This document shows, one piece after another, positions 26,028 to 38,715 of a DNA stretch of 64,000 nt. Under the pieces are notes generated by a model that saw only the letters and a list, made by a program, of their open reading frames with translations, had not been told where the DNA came from and searched no databases. Every line of letters begins with the position of its first letter. The first letter of the stretch is position 1. Origin of the DNA: Carcharhinus amblyrhynchos (Eukaryota); the NCBI GenBank assembly GCA_965287045.1, contig OZ336873.1:96906001-96970000 (forward strand). The letters run 5' to 3'. A program made the position numbers and the translations under genes.

Positions 26028-26560
26028 AGGGGGCGATCTTACTGTTGTCTTGTGCCCATTTTCCGGTACGAAAAGTCAAACGTGAAGTGACCCGCACCTG
26101 CCTCTGTGTTGGTTCCCACATTATCAAGGCCCAAAAATGGCCATGATCGGGAAACTGCCCAAAATAGGCACAAAGACCATTTAAATGCACTTCTATGAAT
26201 TTCAATGCACTTAATGGGCTGCATGCCCCACTTTACCAGCACTTCCCCCTTTACCACCGCGTTTGCCCATCCAGAATTGGCCTGAAACAGATATGCTCCA
26301 CATAGGTCCGAATCGGGTGCTCCATCAGTGAGGGTTAGTGAGGGGGTAACTGCCTTCCGTCTGATGGCTCTGTGCTGCTTATAGGGGGCCCTTTTGTTGG
26401 GGCCATTTTGTTTCTCGGGTGGGGGGGCGGGGTTTGTGTGAGTGTGTGGGGGTGGGGGAGGCGCTGTTGCTCAGCAGGGTGTCAGAAGTCAGATTTGCAG
26501 CATGGACCCGGGTCTCAGCACTGACCTTGGGTTTTTGCTGGGTCCTAGTGCAAATGAGAG
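26028..26560. mobile_element. Harbinger-type terminal/subterminal fragment
   Basis: AAGGCCCAAAAATGGCC...CATTTAAATGCA...TTAATGGGCTGCA block matches 59990-60240 and the reverse of 15200-15350 and 51350-51560. Confidence 0.65.
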
Positions 26561-28083
26561 TTTGTGAGATGAGTGAGTGAGACCTTGGGCGCAATTTTAC
26601 TGGCACGTCCACCCGAGGTTTGTGTGAACCTGCCCAAGGCCAATGGAGAATACTATTCTTCGATCCTCGCTTGCCCCCGGAATAGAGGCGGGCGTACCAG
26701 TAATATTCCGCCCTCATGTTTTAAAATCCAGGGCTTAGTGTGATAGTAAATAACCATCCATATTTTTAAACTTCACAAGTGGTTTGCGGCTGGAATTACT
26801 ATTTGGGACACTCACCCTGAGGGTCAGAAAACGTACAGCGTTTTGAACACAGCAGTAGAACAGGAACACAGAAATCCTGCCTGTGACACTATAATGTTCA
26901 GTATGAGTTGTAATTGCTAGAGATTATTGGTGAGGAACTGCTACTGTGTGGTACTTTGAGCTGTGTCTGAGTGTTGCAATTGGGGGGTATTGGAGAATTC
27001 ATCTGCTGACCATGTGTGATGTCATTGAACTTTGGCATTATATGCAAATCTTCAAAGGCTGGAATTAACTGCTATGGTTATCTGCTCACATTGTGTTAAT
27101 TTGCAAACTCTCTTTGAAAGGCTTCCTAGTTCCCTGCAGAGAGAGGGACTTTCTTTTGTTTACCTCTTACACCAAGTCATGCAGCACTGTATCAAAGGAC
27201 ATTGGAGCCTGCTCTCTGCCACATCGTGCCATTCTTGTGTATTTCCTCAGCCAAACTCTGTTCTATAGCGACCTCCTGCACCTGCTCCAGTTTAAGAGAT
27301 GCAGGCTGGTTTACTTGCTGTCATGGCTAACCTGAAGCCATGTTAATCACTCCTGATTTTGCAATGCTGCCACTCAACAGTGATTTGTGGCTAAAAAATG
27401 CAAACATACAAAAGCACAGACAGCACGTAGCTTGTGTGTTGCTGCCCACGTCACAAATGATTCGCCGCACATTTTTGGCCTTACTGAATCTCATGGACCT
27501 AAGATTGTAGACACTTCTTCCAACTGTAATTTCATCCTGCTTCTCTGACAAGAGGGACTCTTTGCAAAATGCTGCAAAACTGATGGGTAAGGTCTCAGCA
27601 ATCTGAAAGTTTTTTATAAGCTTTATAATGAACAAATCCCCTGTCTGCTTCACTAGACAAATGATGACCAGTGGTGGAGCCAAGTATTGGAAGTTGAAAG
27701 CTTGGAAGTGAAATGAGTGGGAGTTATATACACAAACATAAAACCTTGTAACTCATTTTTCTGCCTCCCTGTCTGGACCCAGATAAAGTGGGCCATGTGT
27801 ATTGTGCCAGCCCTTTGTAGGATCCAGAAGGAGATGAGAGTGACAATCACATTCATATTTCCAGAAAGATGTTTATTTAAAACTTTTCAGATACAATTGT
27901 TTGATATGTAGTGGTTTCTAAATCTATAATCTGTAGAATTCACATCTTTGTATATAAGTAACAACATTTGGCTCTAGCAAGTTAACATTTTGATTCTCTA
28001 TTTCAGTAAAAAGTAGCACTTTTACAGCAATGATATGTTATAACTGTTTATGTCTGCAGTTAATCAAAGTTGCAATAGCTTTG

Positions 28084-28191
28084 TCAGAATATTTTGGTAA
28101 AGTTTTCTGGAGCATTGTTTTGGAAGTGGTTGAAGTTGTCCTCTCCAGCTACCAGCACAGTTGCAGGAAAGGAGCGGGGTCTGTCTGCATC
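28084..28191 (-). CDS. PhyH-family Fe(II)/2OG dioxygenase, exon 6 (last; DADRPRSFPATVLVAGEDNFNHFQNNAPENFTKIF*)
   Basis: TTTTTTCAG acceptor, phase 0, TGA at 28084-28086. Confidence 0.85.
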   Translation of the reverse strand, partial: DADRPRSFPATVLVAGEDNFNHFQNNAPENFTKIF

Positions 28192-28299
28192 CTGAAAAAA
28201 ATAGCAAAAATCAGCATCAACCATCATTATTTTTTTTCAATCCTCCTCGCAGTATTTCTAAATCTCACTGCTCAAGAAACGCCATAACTCTCTCTTCAG

Positions 28300-28750
28300 A
28301 CTGGCTTCACAACCCTTTAACCTTTCCCCTTTTTATCTTAAACCCAAGACCCGTAGTAAATAACTTACTCTGGGAAAAACATTCCGGCTATGCATTCTAT
28401 CCATGCCTCATAATTTTGTAAACTTCTATCAGGACACCCCCCTCAACCTCCATTGTTCAAATGAAAACAAGCAAGTTTGTCTAAACTCTCCTCAGCTAAT
28501 ACCCTCCAAACCAGGCAATGTCCTGGTAAAGCCTTTTTGTACTCTCTCCAGAGCCTCCATACTCTTCTGATGACGGCTAGGACTGTACACAATATTCCAA
28601 ATGTAGCCTAACTAAGGTTCTGCTGTAACTTTAGCTGTAACATTGTTAGAGTTGCAATTTTTTTATACTCAAAACCGTGAGCAATGAAGGAAAGAATGCC
28701 ACATGCCTTTCTAACCAGCTTATCCACTTGTGCTGCCATTTTCAGGGACG
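28300..28750 (-). mobile_element. Old CR1 fragment in intron 5 of the dioxygenase gene
   Basis: Similar to the other minus-strand CR1 copies (e.g. 16640-16960). Confidence 0.7.
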
Positions 28751-28975
28751 GTGGACTTCTGTGCCTACATCCCTTTTTATGTGAATGTATATTTCCCCTG
28801 GATTACCATACTTGCTCCTGGTCATCAGCTATTAGTCATAGGAGATTCTCAGGAGAATCAGGAGGACTGGCAATCCTATTCCTGACAACAATTTAAAGTT
28901 GGCTGTTGTAAAAAAACATCCAAAACATTGAGATGTGATTACTTAGTTATATGTGGAGGTGAGTTAAATACTCAC

Positions 28976-29080
28976 ATCAACAGGATAAGCAGTAGTGGGG
29001 ACATAACGGATCACAAAGCCACATCTACGCCTGTCTGACAAGTTGGGTTCACTGAAATGGACTGTCAGGCCATCATGAAT
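28976..29080 (-). CDS. PhyH-family dioxygenase, exon 5 (IHDGLTVHFSEPNLSDRRRCGFVIRYVPTTAYPVD)
   Basis: AG/GTGAGT boundaries, phase 0/0; contains the distal iron-binding His and the 2OG-binding Arg region (VH.S.PN.S...R). Confidence 0.9.
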
Positions 29081-29182
29081 CTGAAAGAATTTTATTAAAC
29101 AATGGGAAAACAAGTTAAACACGCAATGGCAATTTGATATATTTTCAGTCTAGTTTAATTTTAATTTCAGATGACTACTTAC

Positions 29183-29322
29183 AGACATTTGTCCTGCTTT
29201 GAGAGGACATTGAGTAGCCTTCTCAGCTTCAATCAAATGCTTGGGAATCTCCTGATTTGATGTCAACATGTTCCCAGAATTAGCACTTGTTCCATGCTCC
29301 AGTAGCCCTAGTTTGTGGCTTC
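29183..29322 (-). CDS. PhyH-family dioxygenase, exon 4 (GSHKLGLLEHG...CPLKAGQMS)
   Basis: AG/GTAAGT boundaries, phase 1/0; completes the PGSH motif and carries L.AG. Confidence 0.9.
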
Positions 29323-30091
29323 CTATAAGTATCATTTAGCACAGTGTTATCCCTCAAGGAAATAGCTAGAATTATTTTGTTATAAAATTATAAAGCATGT
29401 AATTTGACTGGGAAGTTGCAAATGTTATTAAATGGGTTACATTGTGATAACGAGTTGCATAAACTTATTCTCCTTGACATGAGAAATTTGAGGGATGATC
29501 TGATTGAGGTCTTTAAAATGATGAAGGAATTCAGTGTGGTAGCTACAGAAAGAATGATTTCCTGTGAGGTTGGAATCCAAAGCAAGGGGAATAGACTTAA
29601 AGTGTGAACTGGCTCATCACTTTGGGAGTGAAACCAGGGCACACTTTGTTCTGATATTTTTACCCACTCTGGCTTACATGTGACTACAGGCCCACAACAA
29701 TATGGTTGATTTTAAACATCCTCCTGAACTGGTCTAGCAAGCCACTAAGTTAGAGCTGGCATACCACCACCATCATAAGGGCAATTAGGGATGGGCAATA
29801 AATAGTAACATTGCCAGTGATGCTCAATAAAAAAAAAGTGCGGTGAAAATCTTGAACTATCTACATGAAATCCTGTGGATACTGGATCAGTTGAAATTTT
29901 CAAGATGGAGGTAATTTGTTGGGTAACAAGGGATATGGGACAAAAGCAGAAAAATGGAGTTGACATCTGATTTAATTAGTTGGTGGGACAGGCTTGAGGG
30001 GCAAAATGATTGTTTCCTGTTCCAGTGTGACTATATGTGAGGTCAGAAAAGGGAAAATATAATCAAGGGCAACATTGCCTATAAATCTAAC

Positions 30092-30183
30092 CTGGGATAA
30101 CCTGCAGGACCCCATTTTCTTCATCAACGTCATCAAAAGCCAACCACACAGATGTTACAGGTCCTCCGTCAAAGCCCCAGTAT
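30092..30183 (-). CDS. PhyH-family dioxygenase, exon 3 (YWGFDGGPVTSVWLAFDDVDEENGVLQVIP)
   Basis: AG/GT boundaries, phase 2/1; W.A.DD...ENG.L.VIPGSH family motif. Confidence 0.92.
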
Positions 30184-30287
30184 CTATTAATGAAGAACAA
30201 TGTCAAATTATAATTGCTGAGAGGAAAACAACAGTCACATTCAGAAGCATAATTTAGCATTTTGCTGTATTGTAATATCTGACTCAC

Positions 30288-30504
30288 CTGATGTCCTGAT
30301 GCCAGGCAACAAAGGGCGCCACATTGCTTTTGTGAGGGACAGCAGAGGCTGGATATTTACAGATAAACCGAGAATCAAGCAGAATGACATTAGGCCCCAA
30401 AACTGCAATAATGGCTTGGAGGACTAAAGGATGTGTCGCTAAATCCATCACCCAGTCGTATTGTAAATGCACATTGTGAAGGCTGTACTGGCAGTATACC
30501 TCAC
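30288..30504 (-). CDS. PhyH-family dioxygenase, exon 2 (EVYCQYSLHNVHL...VAWHQDI)
   Basis: TTTTAG/GTGAGT boundaries, phase 1/2; WHQD HxD iron-binding motif. Confidence 0.92.
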
Positions 30505-30912
30505 CTAAAATACACACAATAGAAATAATCAAATAATTAGGTTGAATTAACTGTAATGACTCAGGAACCTAATGGGAAAAGGACATAGTTTACTACAAAA
30601 TGCAAAGCAAAACCACATACTGGTCCATGCTTGGGACTGCAGGTTAGCAGGTCCAGTCCTGGGCATGCCTTATAAAAGGCTCGGCTAATGAATTCCAGTT
30701 GGGCAGATCATTGCCTCTTACCAAGGGAACTCATACACAACAGGGAGATCAATCAGTGATTTCTCCTTGTTAGGATTCTCACATTAGGTTTAAAAGAAGC
30801 TTTTCTTATTGTAAATGATGCCAGATGCTCATCAAAGGTACTGAATTAAATGTGGAGCCATATTTCCAGATCTTCTAGTTTCTACATAATTGGTATACAA
30901 ATCCTTACTTAC

Positions 30913-31042
30913 CAAATTTATCTTCTAAGGTTGAAAAGTTTTGAGTGGCCAGCTTGAGCTCATCTTTGTCGAGGACGTGGATTCCTGTAAGGTAGCCATT
31001 CTTTTCATACTGATTTTTCAGTTCAGTTGCCGTGCTCTGCAT
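30913..31042 (-). CDS. PhyH-family dioxygenase, exon 1 (MQSTATELKNQYEKNGYLTGIHVLDKDEL...DKF)
   Basis: ATG at 31042, Y..NGY motif typical of PhyH N-termini, GTAAGT donor phase 1; six exons total 792 nt = 263 aa plus stop. Confidence 0.88.
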
Positions 31043-31107
31043 TCTTTGTGACTTATTTGCCTTTCCCTGTTTGCAGAGGTTCTGCTTGAACTGGGATCCT
31101 TACCTCT

Positions 31108-31153
31108 TTTAAATAGATCCCTCAGCTATCCTTATTTGCATATTGTTGCTCAA
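31108..31153 (-). promoter_or_regulatory. Putative proximal promoter of the dioxygenase gene (TATA-like, octamer, C/EBP-like)
   Basis: Minus strand TATTTAAA at 31108-31115, ATTTGCAT octamer at 31134-31141, TTGCTCAA at 31146-31153; 65-110 bp upstream of the ATG. Confidence 0.4.
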
Positions 31154-31299
31154 CTTGTTCCTTGAACTGGACTAGGCACCACAGACAATACCTTCCACCC
31201 GACTAATAATGTTGCTGCATTAAGCAAAGTCTCCACCCAGTTGGGAAAACAGTGCAAAGATGCTACCACTGATGGAACTGGTCCTCAGTCATTTCCAAG

Positions 31300-31530
31300 T
31301 TGCATTTGTCTGGAGTCTGCGTGTTCTCCCTGTGTCTGCATGGGGTCCCCCCGGGTGTTTCTTTCCACAGTCAGGAAAAAGATCTGGTTAGGTGCATTGG
31401 CCGTGCTAAATTCTCCCTCAGTGTGCCCAAACAGGCAGTGGAGTGTGGCGACTAGGGGATTGTCACTGTAACTTCATTGCAGTGTTAATGGAAGCCTACC
31501 TGTGACACCAATAAACGAATTTCAAACTTT
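31300..31530 (+). mobile_element. HE1-like SINE, 5'-truncated
   Basis: GGAGTCTGCGTGTTCTCCC...GTGTTAATG...AATAAA tail as in 37000-37260. Confidence 0.75.
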
Positions 31531-32069
31531 ACCATTGTCACTGGATGAAAACTATTTCTTTTCACAAGGTAAAATAAAGTCCACTTTCCAGTCGGACTCA
31601 GATATTTAATTTGTTTAGCTCTATCATTAATTTAGTTTTTATATATTTAATTGTGTGTTCGACACCATTTACTGACGGTGATGACTGGGTTTATTCTGTT
31701 TTCTGCCCTCACAGGGAATTTCCACCACTCCCTCACCTTAATGGACCACATCCAATTCTTCCCATTCCTCCTTTAACCTTTCAGTCCCATTGCTGGAGGT
31801 AAGCTATCCAACAATATATTTTACAGATCCATTGATCCCCATGTCAACCTTGCTTCTACTATTCCTCCACATTTTCATTCAAGTTGAGTCAGATTTTCAA
31901 AGTGTTGTTGTTCATATCCCCTTAGTGAAGTCCTGAACATTAATCCACATGAAGTGACCATTTAAAAGATAAGTTCCAAAGATCACACTCATTCCCCCGA
32001 GCCAAGTTATTCAACCACACTGGCTCCTCCACATGATCTCATGACATATGATCTCATGACATCTCATGA

Positions 32070-33035
32070 TATATAGATGATCTAGAGGCTGAGTGTAGGG
32101 TGACGAAATTTGCTGATGACACGAAGAAAAGTGGAAAAGCAAATTGCGTGGAGAGTGTAGAAAGTCTGCAGAGAGATCTGGATAGGCTGAGTGTGTGGGC
32201 GAGGACCTGGCAGATGGAGTATAATGTTAGCAAGTGTGAGGTTATTCACTTTGGTAGAAATAACAGTAGGAGGGATTATTATTTAAAAGGCGAAAAGCTG
32301 CAACATGCCATGGTGCAGAGGGACCTGGGGATCCTTGTGCATGAGTCGCAAGAACCCAGTCTGCAGGTGCAGCAGGCGATCAAGAAGGCGAATGGGATGT
32401 TGGCCTTTATAGCGAGGGGGATGGAATATAAAAGCAGGGAGGTCTTGCTGCAACTGTACAGGGTACTGGTGAGGCCACAGCTGGAGTATTGTGTGCAGTT
32501 TTGGTCACCGCACTTGAGGAAGGATATATTGGCCTTGGAGGGAGTGCAGAGGAGGTTCACTAGGCTGATACCGGAGATGAGGGGGTTAGCCTATGAAGAG
32601 AAACTAAATAGACTGGGTCTATACTTGTTAGAGTTTAGAAGGATGAGGGGGGATCTTATAGAGACGTGTAAGATAATGAAGAGGATGGGTAGGGTAGAGG
32701 TAGAGAGATTCTTCCCGCTTAGAAAGGGTAGCAGGACGAGAGGACACAGCCTCAAGATAAGGGGGAGGGGCAGTTTAGATCCGAGTTGAGGAGGAACTTC
32801 TTTACGCAAAGGGTGGTGAATCTCTGGAATTCTCTGCCCGTTGAAGTGGTGGAGGCTACGTCGCTAAATATATTTAAGTCACGGGTAGATAGGTTTCTGA
32901 TAGACAGGGGAATTAAGGGTTATGGGGAGAAAGTGGAACTGATCCACTTGAGATCAGCCATGATCTTATTGAATGGTGGGGCAGGCTCAAAGGGCTAGAT
33001 GGCCTACTCCTGCTCCTATTTCTTATGTTCTTATG
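32070..33035 (+). mobile_element. CR1 LINE, 5'-truncated
   Basis: ORF 32100-32789 KFADD...LVRPQLEYCVQFWSP, frameshift to 32786-32998; (TTCTTATG)n tail. Confidence 0.92.
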
Positions 33036-33183
33036 ACAAACTCAGAGGAATCTACAACATGGGGGTAGAGTTTCAGAAAAAGGGGCTGACCATTTAGGTC
33101 TGAGACGAGGAGAGGGTTCTTCAAAGTTAAAAGTTTATTTATTATTCGCAAGTAAGGCTCACGTGAACGCTGCAATGAAGTTT

Positions 33184-33605
33184 AAGATTGTGGGTTGAAA
33201 GCCATTATGAGCCTCATTTAGGCTGAGATTTTCCTCACGGAACCAGCTTGGTACGAATTAGTCAGCTACAAAAGTGATTTATTTCTGGGCAATAAAATGG
33301 GCACTTGGCCCATTTGTTCTCTTGCCAAAATTGCATCTATAACACCTTATGATGTTAATGACAAAGGAACAAAAAATAAGGAAACACTTGGGTTTCTCTC
33401 AGCCAGATTTGCATTTCTTACACACCTGTTATCTGCTATTTATAGTAGAAGAACAAAGCTTATTGCGCTGAAATATCTTCCTGATAAGTTTTCATCTTTG
33501 TCAACTGTGTGGTAACGTTATGAAGAAATTGGATCATTTTTATTCCATTCAAATCAATGGAATAACATCAGGTGGCATTTACAATAGGTGTTGAATCTGA
33601 TCTAT
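33184..33605 (+). repeat. Copy A of a locally duplicated unclassified unit
   Basis: Collinear similarity to 54455-54885 (GATTGTGGGTTGAAAGCCAT, GCTGAGATTTTCCTC, AAGAAATTGGATCATTTTTATTCC, TCAATGGAATAACATCAGGTGGC) and weaker similarity to 63345-63830. Confidence 0.85.
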
Positions 33606-34009
33606 TACTATGAGCTCTGTCGAAAGATGAGTTCATTTATTAACTTCCAGAGCATATTGACACATTATGAAAGAGAGATCAAGTGATTGGGATCACCATT
33701 TTGAAAAGCTTGTGATTACAAATCTTATTTATGCTTTGGGGCAGTTTACAAAAGAATATGTGAAGGCAGCGACAAAGTTTATTCAACTTTCTCTCTTTTT
33801 TCAACTAAGTTGGACCCTGTCTCGCTTTTATCATACTGCGGGGTGTAGATAGAAAAATTCTACAGACTTCAAATTCTCAGCAGTCTTTCCAAGAAAGAAC
33901 CAAGCTTTCATGATCAATGATCTCTGTATATCTTTGCCTTTAATCATGGAATTTCAATTTGGCCAACAGTTAGCCTCGTCTACTTTGTGACTGAATTTTT
34001 TTCATGCTT

Positions 34010-34090
34010 TTGTGTATATGTATGTGTGTGTGTGTGTATGTACATATGTGCTTGTGTGTGTCTGTGCATGCATGCAAATACATGTGTGTT
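34010..34090. repeat. Imperfect (TG)n/(TA) microsatellite
   Basis: TGTGTATATGTATGTGTGTGTGTGTGTATG... Confidence 0.85.
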
Positions 34091-35047
34091 GCAATTGTCA
34101 GTATGTACATTCACTTTCTCAATATTTTACCATTTTGCCTGGCTGGGTTCCTGGCACAATAAAACTAACCCCTTGCTTGTCTGAGCTCATGGAAGCCAAT
34201 TGAACTAACTTCTTTTCAATCAGTTAAAGTTCAGAACATGCATTGAATTGGCAGAATGATCCTCATAAATTAAAACAAGCCCTATTATGATCAACTGAAG
34301 GGTAGGAAAAGAGACAGAGTCCTTGCATCTGTTCCTGGTCATCACAACAGAAAGACAGAAACCTTTGTGGCACCAAAAGAAACCATTCCGCGCATTATAC
34401 CCATGCGAGCAGAGGAAGAGCTTTCCAGTTTAATTTCACCCTCTAACTCTTGTTCCACATCTCTGTAGGTTATAGCTTAAACGCCATCAGGGTTTCTGCC
34501 TCCACTACCCTTTCAGACAGTGAGTTCTAGAGTCCACCACTCTCTCGGTGAAAATAATTATGCCACAATTTTCCTGTAATCCTTCCGCCAATCACTTTGT
34601 TTCTCTCCTCCTGGTTAGTGACCTCCTCTGGCTCTGGCCCAATGCCCACAAATCTCTGCGACAATCACCCTCTCAACTCTGTTCCAGGTCACCCCCACCA
34701 CTGACTCTGTTGCAGGAAACTCCCCGTCCTCACTGTTTATCCCAACCCTCTCCTATTCGATTACCCCCCACCCCCCCCACCGCCCTTGTAAACCACTTAC
34801 CAGTGAAATGAACCTGCTCCCTCATCCCTTTAAACGTTCCATTCACAGCATCTACTGTCGTATAAAGGTGGCGTTCCTCACCGCTCTGAACCCCAACTGC
34901 TGCCAGGGGTGTGCTGCATAGTCTCTCCCAGCCTGAGTTTGGGATGTTGGGTGAAACAGGAGCTGTGCAATTTCAGCAAGGGTAAGTCTGTTGAGAATGG
35001 CATTCCGACGGAGATTGTCATCCTGTGGAAGATACAAAGAGCAAAGG

Positions 35048-36670
35048 GTAAAGAACAAAGAAAATTACAGCACAGGAACAGGCCATTCAGCCTTCCAAGC
35101 CTGCACCAACCATACTGCCTCTCTGAACTAAAACCCCCTATCCTTCTGTGGACCAGATCACTCTATTCACATCCTATTCATGTATTTGTCAAGATGCACC
35201 TGAAAAATCACGATTGAATCTGCTTGCACTACCTCCCCCAGCAGCAGGTTCCAGGCAATCACCACCGTCTGTGTAAAAAACTTGCCTCGCACATCCCTTT
35301 AAACCTTGCCCCTTGGTAATTGGCTCTTCCATCTGGGAAAAAGCTCTGACATTTCACTCTGTCCAAGCCCCTCATAATCTTGTAGACTTCTATCAGGTTG
35401 CCCCTCAACCTCTAGTTCCAGTGGGAACAAACCAAGTTTCTCCAACCTCTCCTCATATTAATACCCTCTATTTCAGGCAACATCCTGGTAAATCTTTCTG
35501 TTGCCTCTCCAAAGCCTCCCCATCCTTCTGGTAGTGTGGCGACCAGAATTGAACACTATATTCCAAGTGCAGCTTAACTAAGGTTCTGTAAAGCTGCAAC
35601 ATGACTTGCCAATTTTTAAACTCAATACCTTGGCTGATGAAGGCAAGCATGCTGTATGCCTTCTTGACTACCTTCTCCACCTGCATTGCTACTTTCAATT
35701 ACGTATGTACCTGGATACCCAAAGCCCTCTGCCTATCAATATTCATAAGGGTTCTGCCATTTACTGTATATTTCCTGTCTATATTAGACCTTCCAAAATG
35801 CATTACCTCACATTTGTCCTGATTAAACTCCATCTGCCATCTCTCCACCCAAGCCTCCAATCGATCTATATTCTGCTGTATCCTCTGACAGTCCTCATCG
35901 CTATCCCACCAACCTTTGTATCATTCGCAAACTTACTAATCAAACCAGTTACATTTTCCTCCAGGTCATTTATATATTATAAACAGCAAAGGTCCCAGCA
36001 CTGATCCCTGAGTAATGCCACTCGTCACAGCCCTCCATTCAGGAACGCACCCTTCCACTGCTACACTCTGTCCTCTATGACTGAGTCAGTTCTTTATCCA
36101 TCTTATCATCTTACCTCTGATCTCGTGCAACTTCACCCTCTGTACCAGTTTGCCAATAGGGATCTTGTCAAAGGCCTTATTAAAATCCCTGTAGATGACC
36201 TCCACTGCCCTACCCTCATCAATCATCTTCATCACTTCCTCAAAAAACTTGATTGATTTAGTGAGACATGACCTCCTCTGCACAAAAACATATTGCGTCT
36301 CGTTAATACATCCACTTAGTTCCAAGTTGGAGTAAATTCTGTCCCGAAGAATCCTCTCCAATAATTTCCCTACCACTGACGTAAGGCTCACTGGCCTGTA
36401 ATTACCTGGATTATCCTTGCTACCCTTCTTAAACAAAGAAACAACCTTACGGGTTATCAGGTCCTGGTGATCTATCAACATCCATTCTCATTAATTTTTT
36501 GAATACAATCTTCTTACTCATACTAATTTCCTTCAACTCTGCATTCTCCATAGTCCATTGGATCTCTAAACCTGGGAGATTTCCTGTATATTCCTTAGTG
36601 AAAAGAGACACAAAGTAATTATTTAGCTTCTCAGCCATTTCTCTATTCCCTATTCTGAATTCCAAGATGC
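35048..36670 (-). mobile_element. CR1 LINE fragments (two abutting segments)
   Basis: ORFs with GNYRPVSLTSVVGKLLE, DFNKAFDK, LVKLHLEY; (ACAAAGA) tail at ~35050. Confidence 0.9.
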
Positions 36671-36999
36671 TATAGATTTCAGCAATGTCCTGCTATGAAA
36701 GTCTGAGCATCAAGAGACACTGTTGCTCTGTCATGTTGAGAAACATGATCCTGTGGCCCATGTGTTGAAATGATTATCTCTGCCAAGGTAGAGCTCAATG
36801 TCCATCTCCTTTATCCTCTGGAACAACACATGGTGAAGGAGAAGATAGCTTACACTGTTGTTGCTGTTGTTCCTAGTGCTGTTGTAATGGTGTATAAGCT
36901 GTTTCCATGCTGCAGTGAAGACTGGCAGAAGGGAAGTCAAATCAAGGTGAATAAAATCCAAAATAATACAAACAAAGCCTTGGAAATTACCTACACAAT

Positions 37000-37585
37000 A
37001 GTTCGCACTGCTGCCTCACAGCACCAGGGACCCGGGTTTGATTTCTGACTTAGGTCACTGTCTGTGTGGAGTCTGCACGTTCTCCCCATATTTGCAAGGG
37101 TTTCCTCGGGTGATCTGATTTCCTTCCACAGTTTGAAAGCCGTGCTGGTTAGGTGCATTAGCCTTGCTAAATTCTCCCACGGTGTACCTGAATGGGCGCT
37201 GAATGATCCCCTGGAGATCAGGGGATTTTCACAGTAATTTCATTTCAGTGTTAATGTAAAGTTTAAGAAGTTTATTTATTAGTCGCAAATAAGGCTTACA
37301 TTAACACTGCAATGAATTACTGTGAAATTCCCCTCGTTGCCACGCACCGGTGCCTGTTCGGGTCAATGCACCTAACCAGCACATCTTTCAGACTGTGGTA
37401 GGAAACCAGAGCACCTGCTGAAAACCCACACAGACACAGGGAGAATGTGCAAACTCCATAGAGACAGTGACCTAAGCCAGGAATCAAACCCGGCTCCCTG
37501 GCACTGTGGAGAGCAGTGCTAACCATTGTGCCACCATGCCGCCCAAGCCTACTTGTGACAATAACAAATAAATAATTAAATAAAA
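37000..37585. mobile_element. Nested HE1-like SINE pair: plus copy 37000-37260 (tail resumes ~37545) with a minus copy 37265-37544 inserted into it
   Basis: Tail GTGTTAATGTAA|...|AAGCCTACTTGTGACA is split by a full reverse-complement SINE. Confidence 0.8.
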
Positions 37586-38534
37586 CGCAGGTAATCCGCT
37601 TGCTGGTAATTAAAGGTACAATGGTGGGATAATGTCAGAATTAATTGTCACTTAACATATTTAAATTATAGGACTAACATCTCCACAGTGGTTTCCCATT
37701 CCCTCGAAATGCATTCTGGAAAAAAGGATGTGAAAAAACAGTTGTGGCACCACTGCCTCACAGTGCCAAGAACTTGGGTTCGATTCCCCCATTGGGTACT
37801 GCCTGTGTGGAATCTGTACATTCTCCCCATGTCTGTGTGGTGTTGTACATTTTTTAAACACTTTCCAAGCATTCCAGTTTAAAGAGACAAACAAGGACAG
37901 TAATTCAATTATTTAACACTTCTAGTGCCAACTCGAACATAAACAGTTGCAACTCATTAACTCTTTATTGAATTTTAACTCTAACTGAACATCAATTTTA
38001 ACTATTTAACTGAAAATAGACACTACCCAGCTAGGAAAACTTTGGCCAAGAAATATCCTCGATGTGGAATCGACCTTCTTGTTCTCTCTGAAGTCTCCTT
38101 CAGGATACAAGGCCTTGTTGCGATGGTTGGTTTCTTCCAAGTTATTGCTGCCAAAGAACTCACATGTCTTTTATCCACAATTTTCCACTTGCTTCCGGAA
38201 GGTCCTCTGTCATCCAGCCAATTGTGTAACCAGAAATCGATCATATAGCTCGAACATCCAGTGAAATTCCTTTTGAATGAAGCCATCACACTTAGTTCAT
38301 TTTACAAATCTGAAGCATAGCAGCCATAAAAATTGGAGCCACGATATGTCAGTTAATGAAAACAACTTCCCTGATCTGACCAACACAGGAAGCTGCAGAT
38401 CACAGCTCACAGACCAGAGCCCCTTTACGACTTGCATCTGGTTTTAAACTATAAGTTGACCAAAATTCCCAGCAAGCTTAGCTGTCAACCAGAATAGCCA
38501 TTTCAAAGCTGCAGCCGTTCTTTCTCCATCCATA

Positions 38535-38715
38535 ATGGGTTTCCTCTGGGTGCTCCAGTTTCCTCCCACATACAAAATGCCAATTGCCCCTTAGTGTGTT
38601 GGGATGCATAGGTTAGAGGGATTAGTGGGGTTAAGGAACAGGACCTGAGTGGGATTGGTGTTGGTGCATACTTGATGGGTTGAATGGCCTCCTTCTCCAG
38701 TGTAGGGATTCTACG
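38535..38715 (+). mobile_element. HE1-like SINE 3' part
   Basis: GGGTTTCCTCTGGGTGCTCCAGTTTCCTCCCACA...GAATGGCCTCCTTCT..TGTAGGGATTCTA. Confidence 0.7.

Noticed and set aside
30288-30310. SyrB2-like halogenase assignment for the dioxygenase
   Set aside because: The motif is HQD with the carboxylate retained; halogenases have HxA/HxG
32030-32070. Regulatory tandem repeat (CATGATCTCATGACA)
   Set aside because: Very short and located at a CR1 5' junction; likely an integration by-product
33297-33515. Small protein family from similar ORFs at 33297-33515 and 54577-54768
   Set aside because: Starts and stops differ, many changes are non-synonymous, and the third copy (~63600) has a stop and frameshift; the similarity follows from DNA duplication
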